Shown here: positions 45,449 to 55,017 of the stretch, one piece after another
How the letters are laid out: each line of letters begins with the position of its first letter
Numbering within the stretch: position 1 is the first letter of the stretch
Source: Candidatus Woesebacteria bacterium
GTDB taxonomy: Bacteria; Patescibacteriota; Microgenomatia; UBA8517
Direction: 5' to 3'
Length of the DNA: 61,409 bases
Assembly: GCA_016926185.1 (NCBI GenBank)
Contig: JAFGPD010000036.1
Coordinates: forward strand, 1 to 61,409
Notes under the pieces: model-generated
The model's input: only the letters and a program-made list of their open reading frames with translations
Databases searched by the model: none
What the model was told of the DNA's origin: nothing
Program-made: the position numbers and the translations under genes

Positions 45449-45532
45449 CGGAGGAGGTGGGATTCGAACCCACGTAGCCGGTAAGGCTCACGCTTTCCAA
45501 GCGTGTGCAATTGGCCGCTATGCGACTCCTCC
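45449..45532 (-). tRNA. tRNA-Ser (anticodon GGA)
   Basis: Acceptor GGAGGAG/CTCCTCC, anticodon arm CACGC-TTGGAAA-GCGTG, long variable arm, T arm GTGGG-TTCGAAT-CCCAC. Confidence 0.9.
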
Positions 45533-45560
45533 GAGAATAATTCCGAAGCTATATTATACC

Positions 45561-46595
45561 TTACTTTTTCTTCACTCCCCAAAGCTCTTCGTAAGTATCT
45601 GCCATCTTCTCCCAAGTCTGACCCTGCACCCATTTATAAGCAGCTTCGATCATCGGTTTTGCTTTTTCGGGATGGTCAAGATAATACTTGATTTTCTCTG
45701 CCAATTTCTCAGGGTCTTTTTCAACAACGATCCAATCCTTAAAAGGAGTCATCATCAAGTAATCCTTTTTAATTTCGTTATTATAAGTGGCAATAACTAG
45801 TTTCTTGTTAGCAAAAGCTTCTAATATCGCTAAATATCTGTTAACGAAAGCAATTTTTGATTTATTGAAAAAAGGTACTACGTCTCTAACGAAACCCTTA
45901 GTTTTTGTTAACTTATCTGCATCCTTTTTATATTCTCCATCACCTAAGACTACTACTCTTATCTTAGTGTCATACTTACTTTTTAAAATTTTAATAGACT
46001 CCAGATATTCAGCTATTCCAGTCTGATCACTTAATCTACTGGCGAAGACAGCATCGTAAATAATTTTTGTCTTTTTAGGTAAAAAATCTTTTATATCCAC
46101 AGCTCCATAAGTAATTTTATCTAGTTTGACTCCGTACCATTTCTCGATAAATTCACCCACACCTATCCAACCCTTAACTAAAGAGTTCGTTAATTTCTTT
46201 TGTAATATTGTAATTTTTCTCAGTGGGAATTCAGAATATCCATGGAAGGTCATATACACATTTTTAAAGGGAAACAATAAGCGAAAAGGTAAATACCACA
46301 GAAATACGTCGTGAACGTGTACAATATCACTTTTCCTTATCAAAGGTATAAATCTCAACAATTTTATCCAAATGATAATCAAACCAAAAAAACGAATCTT
46401 CGGATAACTGATCCTGTATACATTTATACCATATTGAGATTCGAAAAATTTAACACCCACATCATGTCTTTCAGCAACTAAACTTATTTCATAATCTCTT
46501 TCAAGCAATACCTTTTTTAACTCAAAAATGTGTTTTTCAACCCCACCTACATGGGGATAATATAGTCTTGATATAAACAATAATTTCTTTTTCAT
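45561..46595 (-). CDS. Glycosyltransferase (GT4/GT-B-like)
   Basis: LLFISRLYYPHVGGVEKHIFELKKVL is a GT4-like N-terminus. 344 aa. Confidence 0.65.
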   Translation of the reverse strand: MKKKLLFISRLYYPHVGGVEKHIFELKKVLLERDYEISLVAERHDVGVKFFESQYGINVYRISYPKIRFFGLIIIWIKLLRFIPLIRKSDIVHVHDVFLWYLPFRLLFPFKNVYMTFHGYSEFPLRKITILQKKLTNSLVKGWIGVGEFIEKWYGVKLDKITYGAVDIKDFLPKKTKIIYDAVFASRLSDQTGIAEYLESIKILKSKYDTKIRVVVLGDGEYKKDADKLTKTKGFVRDVVPFFNKSKIAFVNRYLAILEAFANKKLVIATYNNEIKKDYLMMTPFKDWIVVEKDPEKLAEKIKYYLDHPEKAKPMIEAAYKWVQGQTWEKMADTYEELWGVKKK

Positions 46596-46644
46596 TGTTA
46601 CACTTTTATATTTTCTTTTACATTAAATTATAGTTGACTTACGA

Positions 46645-48534
46645 ATGCAAATTAAATCAATATTAAATATGCAAGATAGGTTTATACACATATTCACTTC
46701 ATTTAGAGTTTTTGTTATTGTTTTTTTACTATTTCTCTCAAGTATTACTCCTGCTTCTGCAAATGAACAACCTTTCTTCGAAGACAATCTCGACGCTGTT
46801 GATTTGAACGAATGGACAATAACTTACAGAGAGAATTTTTGCTATTACAAATGGCCATGGTTAAATCAGAATGGCAAGTTAGGAATAATTATCAATCAAA
46901 AAAGTTGCTGGTCTTTTGCCGTACCAAACTCACTTTCAATACCGGAAAACGCTAACTACAAATTCGAGGTCAATATTACTTTTCCTGACACTATTAACCA
47001 AGATAGAAGTGTTGCCTTCAAATACAACTCTAATGAACTTAACCGTTATGCTCTACATTTTATTCCTCGTGAAATCGACGGTGTGGTTGTCTACGGATTT
47101 GGGTACGAAAAAATTGTCGCAGGAAAAGGAGTGTCACCTACAGGAGAATATTACCAGTATCCATTTGAAAAAGACAAAGAATACCATTTTGAATTTTATG
47201 TACAAAGACCTAATATAAGAATTTTAGTCAACGAAGTTGGAAACCCTACAGATCAAACTGAATTCTTGATACCAGAATCTGAAATAACTTTTCCAAACAA
47301 ATCTATTGGCCTAAAAGGGGCATCTGGTGGTATTGGTTACTCGGAAGTCTGGTTTGATAATATTAAAGTCACTCTTCTTGATGAAAACCCTCCGGAAGAA
47401 CCAAAACAACTGGATGTGATCGACTATAAACAATACCAGAACCCATGGGGAAATGACCTTTATGATCACAGTGATTCAACCAATCCTACGATCTCCCGTT
47501 GGGGATGTGCTCTTACCTCGGCTGCAATGGTTTTGGACTATCATGGTCTCACAGTAGACCCAAGATCGTTAAACGAGTGGCTGAAAACCCAACCCGACGG
47601 ATATAACAGATATCACGGAATAATGTGGACAGCAGTCACACGTTATACAAAGTTGCACAACAAAACCCTCGAGTTTGCGTACCTTGACTATGCAGATAGC
47701 ACTTTTAAAAGCGAGATCGAGTCGGATAGGCCTCCAATAATTAAACTGTCAAATAAATACGGAGGGAATCATTTTATTGTCGGAAAGGGTTTGACCAACC
47801 AAACAAGTGATTTCACTATTAACGACCCTGGTAGTAGTGATCACCCCTATTTGTCTGATGCAAACAATTACTGGGGAAGCAGTCTTAAAATAGGCCGGTT
47901 TAAGCCCACGAATTCTGATCTTTCCTACATTGTTGCAATGTTAAATGAGGATTTTGATATGACCTTCAGAAAAGATGGCAATCCGGTAGATGAGTTCTTT
48001 TACCAAGAAGAGGAAGCATATCTAGATCCCGACGATCCGGATAACAGCACCGAAGGAGAAACGTTAAATGCACTTTGGTATCCAAAACCTGAAAATGGCA
48101 ATTATTCTTTTGAGGTCTCAGGTGATGGGTTTTATCAGCTTGATATTTATTACTATGACAGAAATGGAAATGTAAAAATGGAGACAATATACGGATACCT
48201 CCCCCACGGTGAAACTGATACTTATTATCTTTCTTACAATAAGGATAGCGTCAGCGACATATCTGCACACTCTGCAGAGGAGCGCTTTTTTGAAAGCATG
48301 GAAAGGATTTGCTCAACCAAAGGAATTATCAGAAACGGACTTTGCCAATCAATAATCAGTCTTACCAAAAACGCTATCAAAATTGGAGACCGAGACAATA
48401 TATTTACTGCTCAAGTTCTTTTAGATTTGGTGATAGACAGAGTTAACTTTAATACTCCAAAAAACATCAATGAGCAGTTGGCAACCTATATCCTCAGCGT
48501 AGTAAAAACGATCAGACAAAATCTGTTTACTTAA
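46645..48534 (+). CDS. Secreted protein: N-terminal lectin/DUF1080-like domain plus peptidase C39-like (papain-fold) domain
   Basis: Signal/anchor VFVIVFLLFLSSITPASA. GYSEVWFDNIKV is a DUF1080-like ending. Candidate catalytic residues are Cys in ISRWGCALTSAAMVLDYHG and His in GGNHFIVGKG. Confidence 0.65.
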   Translation: MQIKSILNMQDRFIHIFTSFRVFVIVFLLFLSSITPASANEQPFFEDNLDAVDLNEWTITYRENFCYYKWPWLNQNGKLGIIINQKSCWSFAVPNSLSIPENANYKFEVNITFPDTINQDRSVAFKYNSNELNRYALHFIPREIDGVVVYGFGYEKIVAGKGVSPTGEYYQYPFEKDKEYHFEFYVQRPNIRILVNEVGNPTDQTEFLIPESEITFPNKSIGLKGASGGIGYSEVWFDNIKVTLLDENPPEEPKQLDVIDYKQYQNPWGNDLYDHSDSTNPTISRWGCALTSAAMVLDYHGLTVDPRSLNEWLKTQPDGYNRYHGIMWTAVTRYTKLHNKTLEFAYLDYADSTFKSEIESDRPPIIKLSNKYGGNHFIVGKGLTNQTSDFTINDPGSSDHPYLSDANNYWGSSLKIGRFKPTNSDLSYIVAMLNEDFDMTFRKDGNPVDEFFYQEEEAYLDPDDPDNSTEGETLNALWYPKPENGNYSFEVSGDGFYQLDIYYYDRNGNVKMETIYGYLPHGETDTYYLSYNKDSVSDISAHSAEERFFESMERICSTKGIIRNGLCQSIISLTKNAIKIGDRDNIFTAQVLLDLVIDRVNFNTPKNINEQLATYILSVVKTIRQNLFT

Positions 48535-49882
48535 ACAGTTTATAAAACCTACTACTTTTTAAAAGACTGTCAATTCTTTTTACGGTATACCCCTCTATCC
48601 CCGAACCATTTGCTGATGCCTGCTTGTCATAAAAAGTAAACCTAAAAACATTATAAAAGTTCAATAATATAAACCCTGAAATCGTAATTATCAAAAACTT
48701 ATAACCCAGCTTATTTCTAAACACTTTCACCAACTCTCCGAAAATCAGTCCAAAAAAGATAAACGATGATATATACATCCTCCCCCCGTATGCTGCGGCC
48801 GGCCAGCCTCTTTGCAAAGTTATTATCACAATCTGTCCTGCAAAAAAAATAAACGCAAGATTGTAGTAAATATTGCTGTTTCTTTTATACAAAAGATAAA
48901 AGTAGTAAAAAAATATCGGGATCAGAATGGGAGTCTTTGTAAAAAGCCCGTTCATTGGATCAATAAGACTCCCCAAAATACTGACCCCTCTTTCACCGGT
49001 AAAAGTTTGTGTAAATTCCTGAATATATTTATAACTAGATAGCGAGCCGCTATTTGCATGGATCTGTACAACCAAAAGACTTACAGTTATCAAAAAACCT
49101 AATGTAAAACTTAACATATTTTTAACAATAATAGAAAAGTCTTTCTTAATATCATGATTTTTCAAAAGATAAATTGCATAAATTTCTGCCACTAATCCAT
49201 CCTGCGGACGATTGGCAGTAGATAGCCCAGTTATTAATCCAAGCAAAAATGGCTTTTTACTGTCATATTTAAAAAACACAAGAATATAAAAGAAAGCGGT
49301 CGTAAGAAAAAACGAAGCAAAGTGAGAATTTAATACATTATAGCTTCCGTAATAGAAAAGTGTCGTTGTTAAAAATAGTCCTACAACAGTAATTCTTGCA
49401 ACAGTCTTACTTTTAGTGAATTTTTGTATCAAAAGTTCCAAAAAACGCAGCCCGATAAATGTGTAAACAATGGCTCCTATTCCGGAGGTTATTTGATAAA
49501 TATCTGAATAACCGTTGGGGTGAAGACTCAATCCAAAAAGCTGGCCCAAATTGGCAATAAAATGAGCCGTTAAATAAAAAGGCAGAAGCAGAAACGCCAT
49601 CCCGGGACTAAAATGATTAACCACTTCTTCGGTCTCACTAGTTTGTGTAAAACCAATTTTTGCAACTTTTGGGTTGTCAGAGTTATTGTTCTGGGGAGAA
49701 TAGAAATGTTTGAATTCATTGGTATTATCCCAGTCCCCATCAAAAACCCAGCTGTGAAGATGTGCCCAGTAGCCGATCCCGTCGCCGTAAACCGCCTGAC
49801 CGGCAGCAATATAGTGCAGAATAAAAACCACTGAAGCAAAGATAAAAAGAGCAGGGTATGTAAGCTTAATAAAATTTTTCAT
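48527..49882 (-). CDS. Polytopic membrane protein, possible GT-C glycosyltransferase
   Basis: 451 aa, about 11 TM helices. Architecture only. Confidence 0.5.
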   Translation of the reverse strand: MKNFIKLTYPALFIFASVVFILHYIAAGQAVYGDGIGYWAHLHSWVFDGDWDNTNEFKHFYSPQNNNSDNPKVAKIGFTQTSETEEVVNHFSPGMAFLLLPFYLTAHFIANLGQLFGLSLHPNGYSDIYQITSGIGAIVYTFIGLRFLELLIQKFTKSKTVARITVVGLFLTTTLFYYGSYNVLNSHFASFFLTTAFFYILVFFKYDSKKPFLLGLITGLSTANRPQDGLVAEIYAIYLLKNHDIKKDFSIIVKNMLSFTLGFLITVSLLVVQIHANSGSLSSYKYIQEFTQTFTGERGVSILGSLIDPMNGLFTKTPILIPIFFYYFYLLYKRNSNIYYNLAFIFFAGQIVIITLQRGWPAAAYGGRMYISSFIFFGLIFGELVKVFRNKLGYKFLIITISGFILLNFYNVFRFTFYDKQASANGSGIEGYTVKRIDSLLKSSRFYKLFK

Positions 49883-49886
49883 TTAC

Positions 49887-51752
49887 TTACCAGCTCCCGC
49901 CACCGCCGCCGCCAAAACCTCCTCCGGAGGACCCGCCCGAAAACCCGGAGCCTCCCGACCAGCTCCCCGAACCCGACCACTTCCCCCCAGGTGCTGTCAT
50001 CATAGATCTCGTAACACCTGACTGAAAACTTCTGAAATTAGTTGAAAAAGCAGAAGTTGTAAATCCGTAAGTATAGCTCGGTGGCCTAACCCCCAAACCG
50101 CTCATGTCCTTGGTCAGCTTATCTACAACCCCGAGAGATATCGCCAAAGGAAGCATCTCTTCCAAAAATAATTTCTTCTCCTGAATCTCATATCTCCACT
50201 CACCTTTCCGCAGATAAAATCTTAATCCCTCAGCTTGTCTTGCATACATATAGCCCTTGGCAGTTTTTCTGGGCATAAAGTAAGCAATAAAAATACCAGG
50301 CAAAAAGGTTATGATAGAAATAACCATCGGACCAAAATTACCGGTTAAAGTAACAAAAGTCAACGTTAACCCTGTTACTATTAAAAAGATCAAAACAAAA
50401 AGACCTATCCACTTTGTTCTAACCTTATCCGGATTTCCGTCAAAATAACCTCTTTCAGATAAACCTTCGTAAAGCATCTTCTTAAATCTCGGCAGGCTCG
50501 TATAAAAATGCTCTTCCAGTGCGGTATTGAGTACATATTCTTTTTTGATAAGAAGTTTTCTGGCCTCGTTCAGCTTATCTTTTTTTCCTTTAAAGATCTT
50601 TTCTGCTTTAGAGACAGAATCATGAACAACGTTACTTCTAAATATCTCTTTCAAAAGAAGCTTCTGGTAATCCCGTAAATTACTTTGGTCTTTATCATCT
50701 TTGACAAAAGCATAAGTGTCCTTTTTAAGCCATCCTCCTGACTCTACCCTAACAATTTTCATATAACCCAACCTGGAAAGTTCAACTATTTCTGCCATCA
50801 CATCTTCAATGTCCACCTTTTCATCAACGATAGTGCCCGCTTCTGACGGGGTGAGATCATCAATAGGATGATAGATCAAAGGAATGTGTTCACGGGCAAA
50901 TATTGACTTATTCTTAGACTCCTTTTTCTCTGGTTCATAATAAACCGCATCAGCCGTAAATTTTTTATCTCTGCCCTTTTTGAACCAAAACCACAACATC
51001 ATCACTATCGGCAAAAATGCCATAGGATAACCCCAATTGTCTTTAAGTGTTTTGGCCGAGCTTTCAATTTTCGTCGGAAAAACAAGTTGACTATCTTTAT
51101 CAAGGGTGAAAACCACAGTAAGATCCTTACCTGAACCTAAAGTTGCCTCAGAAGTCACCAAATAATTATCATCCTCGCCTGTTATTGCACAATTGCCCTG
51201 AACTGACCCGACTGCTCCCGCATAGCACTTCGCATCGGCAACTTTTGCATATTCAGAAACAAAGCCAGCAGTGGTTTTTGCAATACTGGTGTCCCATTCA
51301 CTCCCTGTCACGTTCCAATAAACCTCGTCATAATTATCAAAACGTCTGACAACATCCTTCAGTGTATAGTTAATCACATATATTTGCTGTCCTGTTATTG
51401 TTCTGTTGGGATCACCGATCTTTAACTCAACCGATCTGCCAAACTTACTTGTTTGAACCTTTAGATCATTACCCTGACCATCTGTAATCCCCAAAAGATC
51501 AAATTCAGCATTAATCGTTCTTCCCCGGGCTGAATATATAACGGGGACTATCCTGAATATGCCATGTTTGGGGACATTGAAATCTGCAATTATTTTTTCT
51601 GTAACTACAAGGTCTGTATTTTTTTGCAAAACAATTTCACTGTCAAAACTGTTTATCTCATAATCATATGCCGCATGGATATTGGTTGGGATAAATAGAA
51701 AAAATATGGTAAAAACCAGCAGTGTATAAGTATGTAAGATTTTTCTTCTCAC
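49887..51752 (-). CDS. DUF2207-family membrane protein
   Basis: Signal peptide, extracellular beta-rich domain, TM helices and the typical Gly-rich tail GGSGFSGGSSGGGFGGGGGGSW. Confidence 0.75.
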   Translation of the reverse strand: MRRKILHTYTLLVFTIFFLFIPTNIHAAYDYEINSFDSEIVLQKNTDLVVTEKIIADFNVPKHGIFRIVPVIYSARGRTINAEFDLLGITDGQGNDLKVQTSKFGRSVELKIGDPNRTITGQQIYVINYTLKDVVRRFDNYDEVYWNVTGSEWDTSIAKTTAGFVSEYAKVADAKCYAGAVGSVQGNCAITGEDDNYLVTSEATLGSGKDLTVVFTLDKDSQLVFPTKIESSAKTLKDNWGYPMAFLPIVMMLWFWFKKGRDKKFTADAVYYEPEKKESKNKSIFAREHIPLIYHPIDDLTPSEAGTIVDEKVDIEDVMAEIVELSRLGYMKIVRVESGGWLKKDTYAFVKDDKDQSNLRDYQKLLLKEIFRSNVVHDSVSKAEKIFKGKKDKLNEARKLLIKKEYVLNTALEEHFYTSLPRFKKMLYEGLSERGYFDGNPDKVRTKWIGLFVLIFLIVTGLTLTFVTLTGNFGPMVISIITFLPGIFIAYFMPRKTAKGYMYARQAEGLRFYLRKGEWRYEIQEKKLFLEEMLPLAISLGVVDKLTKDMSGLGVRPPSYTYGFTTSAFSTNFRSFQSGVTRSMMTAPGGKWSGSGSWSGGSGFSGGSSGGGFGGGGGGSW

Positions 51753-51826
51753 AAGAAAATTATATCAGACAAGTAAATTGTAATTTTGCTTTGAAGATCT
51801 TAATACATCAAGGGCTGAAGAAATTC

Positions 51827-52321
51827 TTACTTTTTTTTCTTTTCCTTTTTCTCCTCTTGTCTTTTTTCCCAAGCTTTCAGCTCTTCACGGGCCTGCCGAA
51901 GCATTTGCTGCTCTCTTTTTGAAAGCTTTCTTATTGCATTGGCATAGGTAAACCAGCTCGACTCCTCAAAACCAATTGCCTCGCCCTCTGCACCTGACTT
52001 TTCCCTCAATAGATAGTAAATATGCCTTAAGGGATAAGTTTTATCCTTTAGAGTAGTAGCCCCCCCTGCCCGACCAGCCTCTTCCAAAACCTGAACAGTC
52101 ATACCACCCTTTTCCCCCATCATCCGAAGTGCTGCTCTTGCAGATGATTCTCCCTTTCTTACTATGGTATTGGGAAACTCCCAATTATCCTCTTCCATAT
52201 TTTTGACCAAGAACCATTTCTTTTTGTTACCACGCAGTTTTTTAAATAAAACAACCGAAGAAATGATAACCATGTTTTTATTAAGAACAGACACTGCTCC
52301 CTTGTTACTTCTATTCGCCAT
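51827..52321 (-). CDS. NUDIX-like protein (degenerate box) with a Lys/Glu-rich tail
   Basis: FPNTIVRKGESSARAALRMMGEKGGM resembles a degraded Nudix box. Confidence 0.45.
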   Translation of the reverse strand: MANRSNKGAVSVLNKNMVIISSVVLFKKLRGNKKKWFLVKNMEEDNWEFPNTIVRKGESSARAALRMMGEKGGMTVQVLEEAGRAGGATTLKDKTYPLRHIYYLLREKSGAEGEAIGFEESSWFTYANAIRKLSKREQQMLRQAREELKAWEKRQEEKKEKKKK

Positions 52322-52408
52322 GTAAGTATTATATCAAATTCAAAAAAACAGTCCTAAACAAGGTTTGGACGTAACTACATAAACATTGCGAGTTTCCTTT
52401 TTTTCAAA

Positions 52409-52627
52409 TTACCGAAATTTCTCTGGAAACTCATCCATTGCAATCGTTACTCCATCGAGAATCACTTCTTCGGGAGAAAGAGTCTGATCCCCAGAAAGCC
52501 ACTTTACTGTATCTCTGGCCAATTTTCTAAAAAGAAGCCTATCTGATATACCCATTGGTACCCCCCGCACTTCTTCTAGATAACAAGTCATTCTATCTAC
52601 CTGTTTATTAAAAAGCCTTTCACTCAT
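52409..52627 (-). CDS. Hypothetical protein (72 aa)
   Basis: ORF only. Confidence 0.4.
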   Translation of the reverse strand: MSERLFNKQVDRMTCYLEEVRGVPMGISDRLLFRKLARDTVKWLSGDQTLSPEEVILDGVTIAMDEFPEKFR

Positions 52628-52670
52628 TTTGACTAGATTTATTCTAAATCTTCATGAAATATTTTTTCAG

Positions 52671-52756
52671 CGGTGGGTACAGGATTCGAACCTGTGAAGG
52701 GCGTGAAGCCCTCGAGTTTTCGAAACTCGTGCAATTGGCCACTATGCGAACCCACC
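52671..52756 (-). tRNA. tRNA-Ser (anticodon CGA)
   Basis: Near-identical to tRNA-Ser(TGA) outside the anticodon arm (CGAGT-TTCGAAA-ACTCG) and the variable arm. Confidence 0.9.
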
Positions 52757-52761
52757 AAGTG

Positions 52762-52834
52762 TACGCCTGGGAGGAGTTGAACCTCCAACCTTTTGATCCG
52801 CAATCAAACGCTCTATCCATTGAGCTACAGGCGC
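52762..52834 (-). tRNA. tRNA-Arg (anticodon GCG)
   Basis: GCGCCTG acceptor (G1-U72), D arm GCTC/GAGC, anticodon arm TTTGA-TTGCGGA-TCAAA, T arm GGAGG-TTCAACT-CCTCC. It lies 5 nt upstream of tRNA-Ser(CGA). Confidence 0.85.
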
Positions 52835-53008
52835 TTACTAATTTAAATTGCACTCTCTATCCGCCTACTCTGCATAAGTGCTCTTGCTACCAAGAATGTA
52901 AACCTCGGTAGCAAGCAAGCTCTGTTCAGGGTTGAACTACGAGAGCACAACTTATTAACTATATATTTTATCATTAGCAAGAACAGTTCGTAGAGTTTTG
53001 AAGCAAAT

Positions 53009-53557
53009 TTATTTATTTCCGGGGATCTTTTCAGAAAACCAGTTGGCAGCCTTTTCCAAATTTGAAGGTGGAACATCCTCCTCTGGAATATATTCTTCTA
53101 ATACCTCGCTTATCTTTTTCTTGTCCTTACTATCAACAACTAGCTCTAACCTTCCGGGGAAATTCACAGTCTGAAAGATCAAAAGATCTGACCCGAACCT
53201 TTTACCAAACCAGTATCTAACCAAAAAATCCATTTCTGCAAAACTTTCCGCCATTTTCACTCCCCTGTTGGTGATCGCATATTTTATTTTTTGAGGCTTT
53301 ACTGTGCTTAATATATAAAAGAGGAACAGGATCGAAATTATTAGAATGACAGGCATTACACCTTCAACTATATAAAGGATCAGGCAAAAAACTATGGAAA
53401 TTGCGATCAAAGAGATCCAAAACTCCCTTTTCCTTTCCTTGAACGGCCGCTCAGGCGCTTCCCACTCGAAAAGTACTTTTTCTTTCTCGTACTTTGGGAG
53501 CTTTCCCGTTTGTTTATCCTGAGATTCTTCTCTAGGCTGATCTTTTTCTTCCGGCAT
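53009..53557 (-). CDS. Membrane protein (2 TM) with a C-terminal soluble domain
   Basis: 182-aa ORF with a TM hairpin (WISLIAISIVFCLILYIVEGVMPVILIISILFLFYIL). Confidence 0.55.
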   Translation of the reverse strand: MPEEKDQPREESQDKQTGKLPKYEKEKVLFEWEAPERPFKERKREFWISLIAISIVFCLILYIVEGVMPVILIISILFLFYILSTVKPQKIKYAITNRGVKMAESFAEMDFLVRYWFGKRFGSDLLIFQTVNFPGRLELVVDSKDKKKISEVLEEYIPEEDVPPSNLEKAANWFSEKIPGNK

Positions 53558-53640
53558 TTCAATAATACTACTCCATCTTACTACATTTCATTTAAAAAAT
53601 TCCATAGCCATCAAAAGACTGATATAATAGTGAAGGTTTT

Positions 53641-53726
53641 GGAGGTGTCGCATAGTGGTCAATTGCACAGGTTTGCTAAACCTGATCCGTATTCCGGATG
53701 CGTGGGTTCGAATCCCACCACCTCCG
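53641..53726 (+). tRNA. tRNA-Ser (anticodon GCT)
   Basis: Acceptor GGAGGTG/CACCTCC, anticodon arm CAGGT-TTGCTAA-ACCTG, long variable arm, T arm GTGGG-TTCGAAT-CCCAC. Confidence 0.9.
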
Positions 53727-53769
53727 CAACGGAAATACCCTATTTAAATATTAAAAAACAAATTTTAAA

Positions 53770-54240
53770 ATGGAGAATCGCGATGTAAATACTGATAGAC
53801 CATTCCGAGAAAATTGGCGAGAATCACCAGAACAACAACAAAAAAGACAGGAATATTTTGAAAATCTTCCATTTAACGAAAAAGTCTTCAGAGATGTTCT
53901 TAAAAAGTTAAAAGAAATCGGTTACTTTGGTAAGGGTAACTTTGAACCCGAGACAGTTGATTTAGATAGAGTAATTGACCCTCCTATTGGGAAAACTGGA
54001 CTTGGAAAAACTGGAGGAAAAATGAGCGTAATGGAATTAACCGAAGGAGGAAATAGACATCAAAATTTTTGGGCTTGTCAAGGTGAAGGTCGCGAGAAAG
54101 GATATGAAGTTCCAAAAGATCAAATACACTTAACCATTAATGATTCTGGCTATTTAACGGGTGGTGTATCAACGTATAGATTCGAGAGGACCGAAGACGG
54201 GTTAAAATTAAAAGGAGTAGACGAACACGTTCGTAGATGA
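53770..54240 (+). CDS. Hypothetical protein (156 aa)
   Basis: ORF only, with no recognised motif. Confidence 0.5.
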   Translation: MENRDVNTDRPFRENWRESPEQQQKRQEYFENLPFNEKVFRDVLKKLKEIGYFGKGNFEPETVDLDRVIDPPIGKTGLGKTGGKMSVMELTEGGNRHQNFWACQGEGREKGYEVPKDQIHLTINDSGYLTGGVSTYRFERTEDGLKLKGVDEHVRR

Positions 54241-54291
54241 TAAGTTTTAGCAATAATCTGCAACAATTTGTTTGAATTACCAATAAAATAC

Positions 54292-54969
54292 CTACTTTGC
54301 CACAGTTAATCCCCATATAACTTTTGCACCGTTTCGCTTTAATACCTTGCATGCTTCTCTGATCGTTGAGCCAGTCGTGTAAACGTCATCTATTAATATA
54401 TATGGGTATTTAGAATTTTGTATTTGGTATTTAGGATTTAAATTAAATATACCTCTAACATTCTTCTTCCTCTCCTCTTCTATTAGATCGGCTTGAGGTT
54501 TAGTTTGTTTAATTCTTATTAAAAGATCCGGAATTAGTTTCCAGTTCGTTTTTTCAGAAATAGCTTCTGCAAGAACTTCAGCCTGATTGAAACCTCTCCA
54601 GTTCTGTCTTTTTTTATGTAAAGGTATTGGCACAAGATAAGCATCTTTAGGGAGTGCATTAATTTCGACCTTTAAATATTGGGCAAGCTCTCTTGAAATG
54701 TCTTTTGAGACATCTTTGGCAAAACGGAATTTTAGAGCTTTGATAAGCTTTTTTGTAACTCCCTTATACTCCCAAACAGAGACCAGACCATTCAATCCCA
54801 ACGGTTTTTTGCATTTAATATGCGTCATTCCATCGATCGAAGATCTCTCACACATTGGACAGATTTTTTTTGCCAGAAACAATTTTGATGCACAATTGCC
54901 ACACAAATAATTACCTGTTACGTCACATCCCAAACACTTTTTTGGAAATAAAATGTCAATTAAACTCAT
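54292..54969 (-). CDS. comF: ComF-family phosphoribosyltransferase-like protein
   Basis: N-terminal double zinc knuckle (CLGC...CGNC...CPMC...HIKC) and the PRT motif ILIDDVYTTGST. Confidence 0.8.
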   Translation of the reverse strand: MSLIDILFPKKCLGCDVTGNYLCGNCASKLFLAKKICPMCERSSIDGMTHIKCKKPLGLNGLVSVWEYKGVTKKLIKALKFRFAKDVSKDISRELAQYLKVEINALPKDAYLVPIPLHKKRQNWRGFNQAEVLAEAISEKTNWKLIPDLLIRIKQTKPQADLIEEERKKNVRGIFNLNPKYQIQNSKYPYILIDDVYTTGSTIREACKVLKRNGAKVIWGLTVAK

Positions 54970-55017
54970 CTAATGTAAAATATAAAATACGGAGTAAAAA
55001 GGTTAAAGGGTAAAAAG

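Noticed and set aside
45289-45800. Track ORFs 45289-45633 (-), 45426-45800 (+) and 45503-45691 (+)
   Set aside because: They run through tRNA-Ser(GGA) and its flanking hairpins, or antisense to the GT4 gene. They have no Shine-Dalgarno or motif. I treat them as spurious.
52644-53076. Track ORFs 52644-52853 (-), 52654-52911 (+) and 52843-53076 (-)
   Set aside because: They overlap tRNA-Ser(CGA), tRNA-Arg(GCG) and their leader. They are translations of tRNA sequence.
53510-53788. Track ORF 53510-53788 (+)
   Set aside because: It spans tRNA-Ser(GCT), so it is spurious.
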